A DNA stretch of 30,879 bases. Source: a virus. Taxonomy: Duplodnaviria > Caudoviricetes. Below, one piece after another: positions 10,301-19,600 of this stretch. Under the pieces are notes generated by a model. It did no database searches. It worked only from the letters and a program-made list of their open reading frames with translations, and was not told the DNA's origin. The stretch is from IMG/VR virus record IMGVR_UViG_3300030012_002903, positions 1-30,879 of that record, one strand, 5' to 3'. The position numbers and the translations under genes were made by a program. Positions within the stretch are counted from its first letter, which is position 1. Every line of letters starts with the position of its first letter.

Positions 10301-12036
10301 AAATTAATAATTGGTTTTTGTATGATATCACTATTAAATGTTTTTGCAAAACCAACATTGCCCAAATCAGGGCCACCATAAACAGATTTAACATCTTGCA
10401 TACCAAAAGATGTTATCGCAGTAGCAACACGATTATTTGCAATACCATTTATTTCAAATGGTTCATTAGTAATAAATTCTCCTGTCTTTTCATATACCTC
10501 TAATGATGTGCTATTACTGACAGCATTAACTAAGAATCCAGTAGCACCACTATACTTACCTTTTATTTGTGTTGGTATGGTTAGAGTGACTGGTTCGTTT
10601 AAAGTTAATTTAGAAAATAGTTGTATATCATATAGAGATATATCCCACTCATTTACAGCAGAGTTAGCTGCAGTATAAGATCCTGATTCTAAAGCAAAAT
10701 CATAACATCTAGCAACACCAATCTCACCACCAGCAGCACTTCGTTGATCTGATCCTTGTCTTCGATCTCTTAAACTGACAATATATGTGTTTCCTATTCC
10801 AATATTAGGTGCACCAGATACATTATTAAGTCTTAATGTATTTCCTGTTTTATATGTTACTCCTTGATTTTCTAGTGTTTTTGATGTTCTTGGTTTAGGG
10901 CAATCTATGTAAGTAGAACTAATAGTTTCAATCTCATACCCTTTAATAAATGCTTTACCAGGTGAAACTTGATAAACTGCAAGATCATCACTTGCGAGAG
11001 TTCCACCTTGCGTAAATTGACCTTCTTGATATATACCATCGTTTCTAAGACCATTATCCAAAGAGTTTTTTAATCCAATATTAAAACTTCTAGTTACATA
11101 ATCTCCTGACTCAGCAAACGTTCTACGAGCTAACTCATCTCTAATAAAACTATAGTCTGTATTTTTTTTCTGAGATCTTAAAACACCATTTTCAATAACT
11201 GCTAGTTCAATGAAATTTGAATCGTTAAAATCGTCTAATGGTTTTGCAAATAAACTACAAGATATCTTTAAACGATCTGCACCAGGTGCAGCATAATTAT
11301 TAAATCCTTTTGAGTTATCTGCTAGTGTTTCATCTTCATCAGCATTAATTATATCCTCATCTATTCTTAAACCAATTCTTGCACTTGGAGTATTTGAATA
11401 TTGAGATAATATAATAGTCTCATCTTGAATCTGAACGAAATTACCTCTTATAAAGTAAACACCATTTGATATTGAGAAGGATGAAGCAGTTGATGTTGCA
11501 TTATTTGCAATACATGATGCGAATGATTCGCCAGATGGTATAAAAGCATTATTTTCTGGCCCTGAAGTAATATCACTATCTGCTATTAATAATTCGCCAT
11601 CAGCAAACACTTTGATAGTGCTATCTTCAACACCCGATGACATGTATGAAATATAAAGTGTTAAATTACCATTCTCACTATTCTCAGACCTAAGAACTTG
11701 TTTAATTATCGCTGTTACCCCAGTTGATGCTCCAATTATTTTTCTATCAATTAACTGATCAATGTAAAATTCTACAGGAACTCCTAAATGACTATTATTT
11801 AATTCTACAGCAAAATAATCAGTGGAATACGCAGTGTTGCCTGGTATTACCTTCGCACCCTCTTTAAAGAAATGTTGACCAAATTTTTCAATTTGATTTT
11901 GTAATATAGACTGAAGACCTGATAATTCCCTTGCTTGAACAGGAAAGCCAGGTTTGAAAAGAACCTTATGATAATTATCATTCGGGTCGAAATCATCAAA
12001 ATATGGTGAAACGTTGAGATTAGTTTGCTGAGCCAT
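4315..12036 (-). CDS. Large baseplate/tail structural protein, VrlC-like (DUF4815 family)
   Basis: 2573 aa. N-terminal NLNVSPYFDDFD...YHKVLFKPG.PVQARELSGLQSILQNQIEKFG.HFFKEGAKVIPG, central RYRMQDI..LE.RI.NLEYY.SLS.LE...FKSGFFVDNF, and DPLAQSF motif are characteristic of the VrlC-like protein found after gp8 in cyanomyophages. Confidence 0.85.
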   Translation of the reverse strand: MAQQTNLNVSPYFDDFDPNDNYHKVLFKPGFPVQARELSGLQSILQNQIEKFGQHFFKEGAKVIPGNTAYSTDYFAVELNNSHLGVPVEFYIDQLIDRKIIGASTGVTAIIKQVLRSENSENGNLTLYISYMSSGVEDSTIKVFADGELLIADSDITSGPENNAFIPSGESFASCIANNATSTASSFSISNGVYFIRGNFVQIQDETIILSQYSNTPSARIGLRIDEDIINADEDETLADNSKGFNNYAAPGADRLKISCSLFAKPLDDFNDSNFIELAVIENGVLRSQKKNTDYSFIRDELARRTFAESGDYVTRSFNIGLKNSLDNGLRNDGIYQEGQFTQGGTLASDDLAVYQVSPGKAFIKGYEIETISSTYIDCPKPRTSKTLENQGVTYKTGNTLRLNNVSGAPNIGIGNTYIVSLRDRRQGSDQRSAAGGEIGVARCYDFALESGSYTAANSAVNEWDISLYDIQLFSKLTLNEPVTLTIPTQIKGKYSGATGFLVNAVSNSTSLEVYEKTGEFITNEPFEINGIANNRVATAITSFGMQDVKSVYGGPDLGNVGFAKTFNSDIIQKPIINFESAKFTAKDNATGICTVTSESALFPSTVKVGNILSFGGLGNNVPSFARVTEVNTNDVKVTGVTTVTGVASGAIPTSDTVVSSLKLQSSPLERSTENRLYSVMPKAFISDVDLTSSTLTIRKIFDVDVVVNGNTGLGQLSSALTAGVNETFLPFDEERYVFMRSDGTTVALTDDMFNFSTGNTVLQLEDLGGATTGCTLIATLQKSKPTAKIKRLNRVNVTVVNYSKDSASGIGATSLNDGLTSGNFPIGTRVQDEKISLNEADIVRILGIFESNNTSEASAPKMTLTSLNGPSGKTTDLIIGEQIVGENSGAVAVVAESITDSQITYITQNETAFEEGEVITSKESSIQGLITTLDNPSRNISSNYKFTTGQRGSFYDYGFITRKSNAKAPKKQLKIYFQNGFYESTDDGDITVKNSYDSFEYGKDIPMINGEYVTDTLDIRPKVSSYTVLENVRSPFEFFGRTFTAAGSSAKNILASDESINLTFSHFVGRIDRIFLDKTGRFQVQFGDPSERRERPTGVDDALELASVKLPPFLISPKHAVIDFLKYKRYRMQDIKDLEDRIKNLEYYTSLSMLETDTSNLFIPDADGLNKFKSGFFVDNFTSLQTQETRGFKVKCSLDPSVNELRPQHYCTSIDLMPGPVENVPAGTDRAFLEVEGTNVRKGDDVVTLDYTETEWLSQQFATRTESVTPFLVSFWQATVKLTPATDTWTDTARIDAKIIQKEGNFAGIMAQAMQEFGVDPQTGMAPIQWNAWETVWAGEDFSDRKEHRMEIGQTVKEEIIKAGWINGGDGVNHSQDVTYETHITVEDTIRDTFRVENQVRTGTRKVVTEQFDKESLGDKVVSRDVIMTMRSRNVEFRVTKCKPLTQLYPFFDGVAVNKYCTPKLLEITMQTGTFQVGETVIGKLPASGNPAEGTDIPAIRFRAAQANHRAGPYNAPTEVFNKNPYISQVGATGLETFLGTPGVVQLASASGDATTMPSTYSSTSTILNIDTKSMSDQAQGDFFGYAATGMELVGATSGATAVVSNRRLISDLGANLIGSFYIPNPNSGNHPRFETGTKTFTVIDNTTNDQENTDTFGEDNYTAAGTLETVQESIISTRNAIIQTLPSANDTRTTRTLTGSTVMKSEPISTELGTELGRRDRWYDPLAQSFQVTESGGIFITSCDVYFQTKDDMDIPMTFQIRTMEGGVPTQKILPFSEIIKAPDEIQVSANGTVPTRFTFEAPVYLEGDNTEYAICLASWSTKYKVFISRIGESDLLTDEFISQQPYLGSLFKSQNASTWDASQWEDLKFIINKAVFEESGTMEVYNPILSEGNQQIAKLRPNSININSKRIRVGIGTSLADTVLTLGNTINQLAFSDGDTDYSAASNASGDFVGSAGIGTGSMGIVNAGLGYTPASGSALFVGVALTNITAGGDSMTADVVVTDGGISSARIITSGTGFQQGDVLGIATIGNNAVGRNARLSIVSIGRTDELILDNVQGEFAINGRLTYTDPITGITTSLNTTVGSSNTNARITTVEKITEVSDGLHFTVDHRNHGMHHETNRVTLSNVESDVVPTKLSLPYGPVSTSTISVVSASDFTTFENVSVGATNPGLLQIGDEVMQYTGASGGSITGITRGNNAKGYIKGTAVRKYELGGVSLARINRTHLMSEITDRDPNPITFDSYTLKVDTGDLTPAQTGLPFSAPNRESDGSAASNPKLFFNDTKSTGGYETRATQNIPFQIISPNIANVTVPGTTISATLKTISAANLNNGLGQGADLPFLDKGSQSVTLNKSNYLDSARMVASRVNETNNLVTQNNSGDRSLNMTLTLETSNTNLSPLVDLQRMNVVLVSNRVDAPITNYFEDPRVNTLLDDPTACQYVSRENSLANSASSIKIMLEAHINEFSDIRAYYAISPTPNFDPIFEPFPGFANLDNNGQIISVEKNDGRPDRFIPKSDAGGFKSNELTFREYEFNMEDLPPFKFYRVKFVLTSTSQTYVPRVTNLRVITLA

Positions 12037-12042
12037 TGTTAA

Positions 12043-13599
12043 TTAGAACTGTAATATTATTTTGATGTCTTCTTTTTGATTGGAAGATCTTGTAATTGAT
12101 GGTCTATGATCAACATAAATCATATTTCCAGAGTATTTGTCAATTTCTGGATTAGAAACACCCTTGGTAAATGTTTGACCAAGATAATAGGTTCTATTAT
12201 TTATTGAGGTTGAGAGACCTGAGAATGATGTACTGATTGATAAATTAGAACTACCACCAACAATTGTTACATTACCACCAGTGCTTGGGTCTGCGGTAAA
12301 TCTTGTTGTATTATAACCATAGATTGCTGCAGTCGCTGTTTGTGCAGTTCCAACAGTGTTAAAACCAGCAATCGTTCTATCTTGCCAGTATTTTAAAACA
12401 CCAGTCACTTGATCGTAACTGATGACTTTTCCATATGCAGTTACACCAGTTCCAACGGTTTGTTGTATTAAGCTATCTGCAGTAAATGTCACAGAACTAT
12501 ATCCAGTTCCAGATAATCTTAATCCAAAAGAAGCACTTGCCTTATCTAACGTAAGTAACTGATCAGAACCAAACGCTTTAGGATTTTCTAGAATACCTAT
12601 TCTAGCAATTTGGTTTCCTGTGATAAAATCAGGGTTCTCTGGATCATTTTCAATTCTTGCATATAATAAAGCATTTGTTGCACCCAATTCCCTATAGATA
12701 TCAGCACCATGTCCACCAGGTGGTGGAATAATCACATCAAGTTGTGGTGGAGATGTAGGAGTTGGAACCGATCCAGCAGCTAAATCAACGTTACCATATG
12801 TATATCCAAATCCCTCATTAGAAACCGTGACACTCTCTATTTGAGCATCATTGTTCACAACAACAGTGCACTCTGCATTAAATCCATCACCTTTAATAGG
12901 AACTCTAGTGTATGTTTGGTTAGCAGTTCCTATGCCTGTTCCTCTATTCTTGACAACTACAATTTTAATTCCACCATCAGTAGCATTATTTTTAACAGAC
13001 GCATCTGCAGCGTTATCACCCCAATTCAAAGGAACTGGCATGAAATCAGTGGAATCAAATTTAATCAAGTCTGCTGGTTTGATACTATATAAGTATTTCC
13101 AAATATATCCGTCACCAGATGTACCTGCAGTTCTTGGTTCTAAATCCGTAAATGTTGGTTCGTCTAGAGATGGTTTACCATCAGGTGTTTCGGGTGTTGT
13201 TCCGTTCTGTAAACAAATATAAACCCTAAAATCACTGTTAACAACAAAGAAGTTTGCAGTATATAAAGATGTTCCACCAGAGTTTGGTGGTGCATTAGCT
13301 ATGCTGTAGTCATGTCTATAGAAATCATAAGTGGTTCCAGAACTCCAGTTTTGTTTAGGAACAATTTGTTTTACATCAGCAGAAGTTATCCTCTTAACAG
13401 CAATCATACTATCGTAATAGTCATTCATGTTATTAAAGTTGTCAACTGGTGCTGGAGGAGCAGAATCCCAATCAGATTGAATACTGGTAGGATTTGGTAA
13501 ACCTACAAATGCATAGTAAGAGTTTGCCGAAGTAGATACACCAGCAACAAAGTTTTTTGCATTTAATATTCTTATTTGATCCGTTATGATTGCCGACAT
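12043..13599 (-). CDS. gp8: Baseplate wedge subunit (T4 gp8-like)
   Basis: MSAIITDQIRILNAKNF...W....P.P.D...K.I...D...IVP..NW.SG..YD.YR.DY...FFV.NSD.RVY.CL.NG...S..EPT......DGY.WKYLY.I...C-terminal YSG..IY.D.RP.I.RS.NQKEDIKIIL.F match gp8. Confidence 0.92.
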   Translation of the reverse strand: MSAIITDQIRILNAKNFVAGVSTSANSYYAFVGLPNPTSIQSDWDSAPPAPVDNFNNMNDYYDSMIAVKRITSADVKQIVPKQNWSSGTTYDFYRHDYSIANAPPNSGGTSLYTANFFVVNSDFRVYICLQNGTTPETPDGKPSLDEPTFTDLEPRTAGTSGDGYIWKYLYSIKPADLIKFDSTDFMPVPLNWGDNAADASVKNNATDGGIKIVVVKNRGTGIGTANQTYTRVPIKGDGFNAECTVVVNNDAQIESVTVSNEGFGYTYGNVDLAAGSVPTPTSPPQLDVIIPPPGGHGADIYRELGATNALLYARIENDPENPDFITGNQIARIGILENPKAFGSDQLLTLDKASASFGLRLSGTGYSSVTFTADSLIQQTVGTGVTAYGKVISYDQVTGVLKYWQDRTIAGFNTVGTAQTATAAIYGYNTTRFTADPSTGGNVTIVGGSSNLSISTSFSGLSTSINNRTYYLGQTFTKGVSNPEIDKYSGNMIYVDHRPSITRSSNQKEDIKIILQF

Positions 13600-13621
13600 G
13601 AACTTTTGTTTACACTTTTTT

Positions 13622-13632
13622 TATTTATTTAG
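13622..13632 (-). promoter_or_regulatory. Late promoter(s) upstream of gp8 (overlapping CTAAATA and ATAAATA)
   Basis: Minus strand reads CTAAATAAATA, using the gp7 TAA stop, about 22 nt before the gp8 ATG. Confidence 0.65.
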
Positions 13633-16600
13633 ACGACATAGTTTTCAGCCTTAAGAGCAATCTTCCTCTTAATCTGTGGCCCTGTCTTTATACCAACCAC
13701 ACCATTACTAGTGTTGATAGTATATGCCTGTGATATTTGTCTGTCTGTTAGTTGTAATCGACCCCAACTAAACTCACCAACAAATGATGTGGTTAAACCT
13801 TGATTCAAGGTAGAATATCCAACTGTGTTCTGTAAACCATTCCAATCTAGAACTCTACTGAACACTCTCACTGCAGCCTCTGCTTGATCAGATCCAAATC
13901 CAACCGTTGTAATTCCAACATAATGAGATACCTCGTAAATATTATCCAAGGCAGTGGTTCCTATACCAATATAAGTTCCATCCAATTCAAGAGAAGTTAC
14001 ACCTGATCCCACATTAGTGTTGCTAACTGTGAAATAGAAACCTGTTTGTAAACCAGTGATTGATATTGGATCAGGGCTAGTAATGTTTTCATCTCTTAAA
14101 GGAGATCCTTTTGGAATATACATATCAAACACGACTGCAGTTCCTATGGCAACTGCTTCACCATTTGCTCTAGAAATGTTTGAACATATACCAACTCCAG
14201 TGACAACACCAAAGTCTCCTCCAAATGATTCAACAGTAGTCTCTTCCCTAACGTATGTAGGAGGAGCAATCAACACTTGTGGATGTGAAACCTGGGTGTA
14301 TCCAATGCCAGGTGATGTAACTGTGATCGCTGTTACAGATCCGTTTGCAATTGTTGCAGTCGCTGTTGCTATGGTCGTGCTTCCAATACCTGCAAAAGGT
14401 GTTCCACCGACACTCACAGGTTGTTGTATTGTAACTGTAGGAGCAGTAGTGTAACCATCACCACCATCAGAGATTACAATAGATGAAACTGTATTTCCGA
14501 TTGAAATTGTAGCTGTTGCAGCAGCACCAGCAAGAAATTCTAATTCATGACTTGCATTGACAATTTGAAGATCTTTCTGGAAGTTTCTATCAATTGGGTT
14601 TTCATTCTCTGGATTAAAGAATGGTCTACAGTTATCAAGCCAAAATACTGTATCAGCAACACCAACTGACTGTATTAGATATGCAGTTGGGAATAGATTA
14701 GGTTCATATAATGGTCTGTCCTTATGAACTATTCTACCATCAATAAACTTATCCTCAATTTGCCTATACCATTTAACTGGTCTAACTTCAGTAGCATCAT
14801 TACCTATACCAACACCGAAATATTGATTAGTAATAACTGTATCTGATGATTTAATTTCACCAACTGTCCTTGGGAATTCAATAAACCTCTCTGTATTATA
14901 TGCAGGATCAAATCCAACTTGTAAATCATCACCAACTTTAACAGTTTCTACAATATCTCTATCTTTTACGTCTTCACCACCAGTTCCTCTGTAGAAGAAT
15001 AATCTCATCACATCACCTTCATTTGGTGCTTCAGTCATTGTTATTGTTCCACCACCATTAAATTCATAACCTTCACCAGGTACTTGTAGAACATCATTTA
15101 TAGTAAGAATGATAGTATTTTGTACAACAATGTTTGATCCAGTTCTTCCCTGTATAGCAAATGCCTCACCACCAACAGTTATTGGGAATGATTTTCTAGT
15201 ACCATCAAATAGACTTGAGAAATCATCAAGTGCTTGAAGTTCTCCCATCGTCCACATATTAAATTCGTCATGGTGAACTTTCTCTAATGTTAGTTTGAAT
15301 GGTTTGAATAGATGTGCATCTATAGGAATAGCATATGATTCACCAGGTGCGGTTGCAAATGTGGGAACTGTTAATACTTGAGAGTTACCATATCCAAAAC
15401 CTGTGTTAGTAATTTCAAAATCAATTACACGACCACCTGTGGTCGCAACGCCAACTGTGATATTTGCTCTTGCTTGAGTTCCACCAACACCTGGTGTAGA
15501 TGCATGATCATAGTGGAGAGGAATGTCTTGATAAGGTAAAGGTGCGTCAATAATCGCCTCAAACGTAGATGAACCTACGCCAGTGAAGCCAGGAACAGGA
15601 TCGGTCTGTGTAATGGCAATACTTACAACACGACCATTTGTAACTGCTGCAGTTCCAATAAACTCTATTACAGGTGTTCCTGTAGAGGTTGTAAAGGCAA
15701 CACCAACTTTAACTTCAGTTGCTATACCAACACCACTAATTGAACTTGTTGTTGCTCCCATGGCAGGGCCAGGATTAACTCTATAACCAGATCCACTATT
15801 ACCAATGCTGACTGCAGTAACGATACCTGAAGAAGCAAATCTAATTGTAGCACCAGCAGAAACTAATGGTTGATACCCTAATCCCTCACTAGATGCAACA
15901 GAAACTATGATACCACCAACAGGTATAGATGCACTTTGAACATCATTTGTTATGGAGGATGCTGTTCCTGTAAATGAAATTGATGAAATACCAGATACCT
16001 CTGTCATTTCGTAATCATTTGTTTCACCTGCACCTTGTAGTATTCCGTTAACTAAAACAATACCAAGGTTAGTTGCAATACCAGTTACATTTGCATTATC
16101 ACTCGTGAGTGTAAATACTTTCTTTTGACCGTTAAATTCTTGAGCAATATCATCAATGGCATAGTTTCTACTATAAGCATCAAAGTTACCACCCTTAATA
16201 CCCGATCTATTAAAAATTCTACCACTGAAACTTGATGTGGTTGTAATACCAACAAAGTCTCTTTCATTAGGTGGTGATGTTGCTAAACCTACTTGGGGTC
16301 TATTTCCAATCGGTGCTGCAGCAAAGTTAAGTGTACTATCAACAATATTATAATTACCAACCATCTTAGTGACAACATCATGATTGGAATGATCAAGAAG
16401 ATCAGTTCCCATCCAGTTTCTATGAACTCTAATCGCACTGCTGATACCAGCATTATTAGTTGCGATTATCTTCATCATCTCATTACCAACTTTTACAACA
16501 TCACCACTAAAGAATGATGTGATACCAGAGGTAAACATTATAGTTTCACCTCTCTTAAAGTCTACACCAAGAGATGTGGTAACTGCAGTTCCAACTATTG

Positions 16601-19600
16601 GACTTTGAATAATATTATCAATTGTTATCAAAGCTCTAGTATTTTGGTTTTTGCTTATTAAACTATGCGATGTTCCCACACCAACTGCACTTATGTCTAA
16701 AGGAACATTAATTGATTTCAAAGCATTCTCTGCCGACGCTGCAAGTTTAACTATACTATCACTAACTTTAATAATAAAGACTGATGATGGAACATGTGTG
16801 AGTGTTGCTCCAATACCAGATAATCCTTGGCCAGGGAAGTGTGTAGCAGCGATTCCTATTGCATCACCAGTGCTTCCAATACCTGTTGTTGTGCATCCAA
16901 CTATTGGTTGTGCTATTGAGTACTCAACCTCCTCACCAGTTACAAAGAAATGATTAGGAATAGTGATCGTATTATTTGTAACGTCTACGATACTTGAACT
17001 TGATCCATCAAAGTTTTGTTTAAATATCTCATTACCTTCATTTTTTATAGCAAAACCAGTTCTAGCACCAAAGAATGTTCCCTCGTAAATATCAAACTTA
17101 CTTTGAATAGATGCTGAATTAAGGTCAATTTTTGCTGTATTACTATCTTCAACAACTTTAAGTGCATGCATAAATGTCTTAACTTCAACTGGTATGTTAG
17201 CGTTTGGAACATATTTTAGTTCTGTAAAACAATCTGTTGAATCTCTTGCTCCTTCTATGGTTCCTATACCAGATGTTGCTCCTGCTCCAGTTATGATATT
17301 TCCATATTCCGTTAAGAATACACGATCATCATCGTCAATCATCATAACTTCAGCAAATTCATATGTATCATTCAAAGTATCTTTAATTTGAACTATTGCA
17401 TATGCAGCATCAAACTCCTCACCATAGCTACCAATTCCTACAGATTCTGGTGCAGATCTTGCTGGTATAGATGTTGATTTAGCGATTAATGATGCGTTCT
17501 TTAAGGATACCGTTCCTAAACCTGTATATGTTTCAGATGATAGTCCTATGGTAACAGAGTTAATATATGCAGTTACAATACCAGCATTTGGTGTAAATCC
17601 AATTTGAATTTGAGCAGTAGTTCCAAGACCAACAATATGTGGTCTAAATGTTCCTAATGGTTCCGCAGCAAGATTGTCTCTTCTATTATGAATAGTTAAT
17701 TGACCATATTGCTCAAATGCTACAGTAGATCCTAAACCTACAGCACTTTGATTCATGACCATGCTTAACTCATTGTATTCAACAGTTCCTTCACTTGTTG
17801 CTATAGAAACTATAACTTTAGCAGATCTAGCATTATGCAACTCTTCTGCATTACCTGTTGCCAATCCTGTTGTAGATGCAGTTCCTACGGTAGCCACAAT
17901 GACTTCACCGCCACCTTGAGACGATCCACCTAATGTTGTAGCAGCACCGATATGAACAAGTGCTGATGCTGGACTTGATGCTGCTCCTATGGCAGTCGTT
18001 GTTCCTACAATTGTTGTTGTTCCACTTCCAATGAGTTCATTAAGATTATATGAAAGTGTTACAACATTATAATTATTAAATTCACTCTTATTTGGGAAGA
18101 ATTTAAGAACAGCCTCTGTTCCATCAACGTCACTATCCATGGAACCAAGATCTCTAACGGTATCCACTTGACCATACTGGTTAATCATTGATTGACCACT
18201 AATAGGATCGAACAAGGCATTAACCATCATTAATTGTCTTTCACCTGTGAATAATCTATCTTTCACATATACCATGAATCTATTTTCTTTATTACCAGTG
18301 ATACTAAATCTACCTACTTCAGAGAATGCAGTGCTTCTTGGTTGATCTTGGAAATCATCGCTAATATTATCAATTGTAAGAACTCTATTTCCTACAGACT
18401 CAGCATAGTCGATTAATATTCTGTTTTGGAAAGTAATTTCATCGGATAAATTACCAGCTGCAGGAGATCTTGATTTTAAATTTTCAGTAACTAAATCAAA
18501 ATTATCTACTTCATGTAAACTCTCAAATCCTTGTAAATCAATAATACCAGTGACCGTTCCAGCAGTTCCAACTACCAGTGATGCTTTTTGAGTAACTGGT
18601 AAATTAGATTCCACTTGAAGATTGCTGTATTTTCTAAATCCAGAGGTATGTGTAAGAGTGTTAACCATATCTTTCCACTTCTCTTCAAATACTCTAGATT
18701 TTATCGCATATGAAAATCTTTGATAATATTCATTCTCATGTGTAACTTGAAGGATGTCATTTAATTTACCAGTGTCATACTCCCAACCATTATTAACTAA
18801 TGAAAAATAATTAACTAAGAAGTTAGTATCAAACGTAAGAACTATTTCAGAGACAGTTCCTTTTGCACCTGTTTCTGCTGATTCAATTAATCTACCAACT
18901 TCAAAATCACTAGATGCTTCGACAGTTAACCACTGACTCTCTTCGTCATATTCAAAAGCAAGACCAGACACAGGGCCAACACTAGTTTCAGATGTTAATG
19001 TTTCATTTGCATTAAATGTGTTAGGTTGTAATATAGGAGAGAACTGTGGGAAATCTCTTTCTCTTACTAACACTGCTGATGATAGTGTAGTATTAAAATT
19101 ACCTGGTATTTCACCACTAGGAACATTACCACCCATACTATAAGTTACAACACCAACATTACCTAAGTTTTCATGAACTTGTGTTACTTCAAATGTGCGA
19201 TATTGATATGCATCTGAATTATATCCTTTTCCTGTAGATCCAACACCAACACTAGCATTTTCCACAAATACTTTATCACCAATTTCTATTGGGAAGTTTT
19301 CTGTTAAACTGTAAGCAACTTTTAATGTTGCAGCTACTGTATCTGTAGATGCATCATAAACAAGATTTGTGACTCTAATTCCGTTTGGATTATTGACAGG
19401 AACAATTATTGGAGTTACGTTAGATAAACCAAAAGTATTTTCAATGATATCAACATAACCAGATCTATCAGGAGTCTCTAAATTATATGCTAAATCAACA
19501 TTCTCGTCTTTTACTCTTGTAACACCATCAAGAACAACTAACTGTGGTGGTTGATTGTAGCCTCTACCATAAGATGTGATTCCAACTTCTTTAAGACCAG

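Noticed and set aside
4315-12036. Interpreting the VrlC label as a virulence factor
   Set aside because: The name comes from a bacterial virulence-related locus. Its position within the baseplate operon indicates a structural protein.
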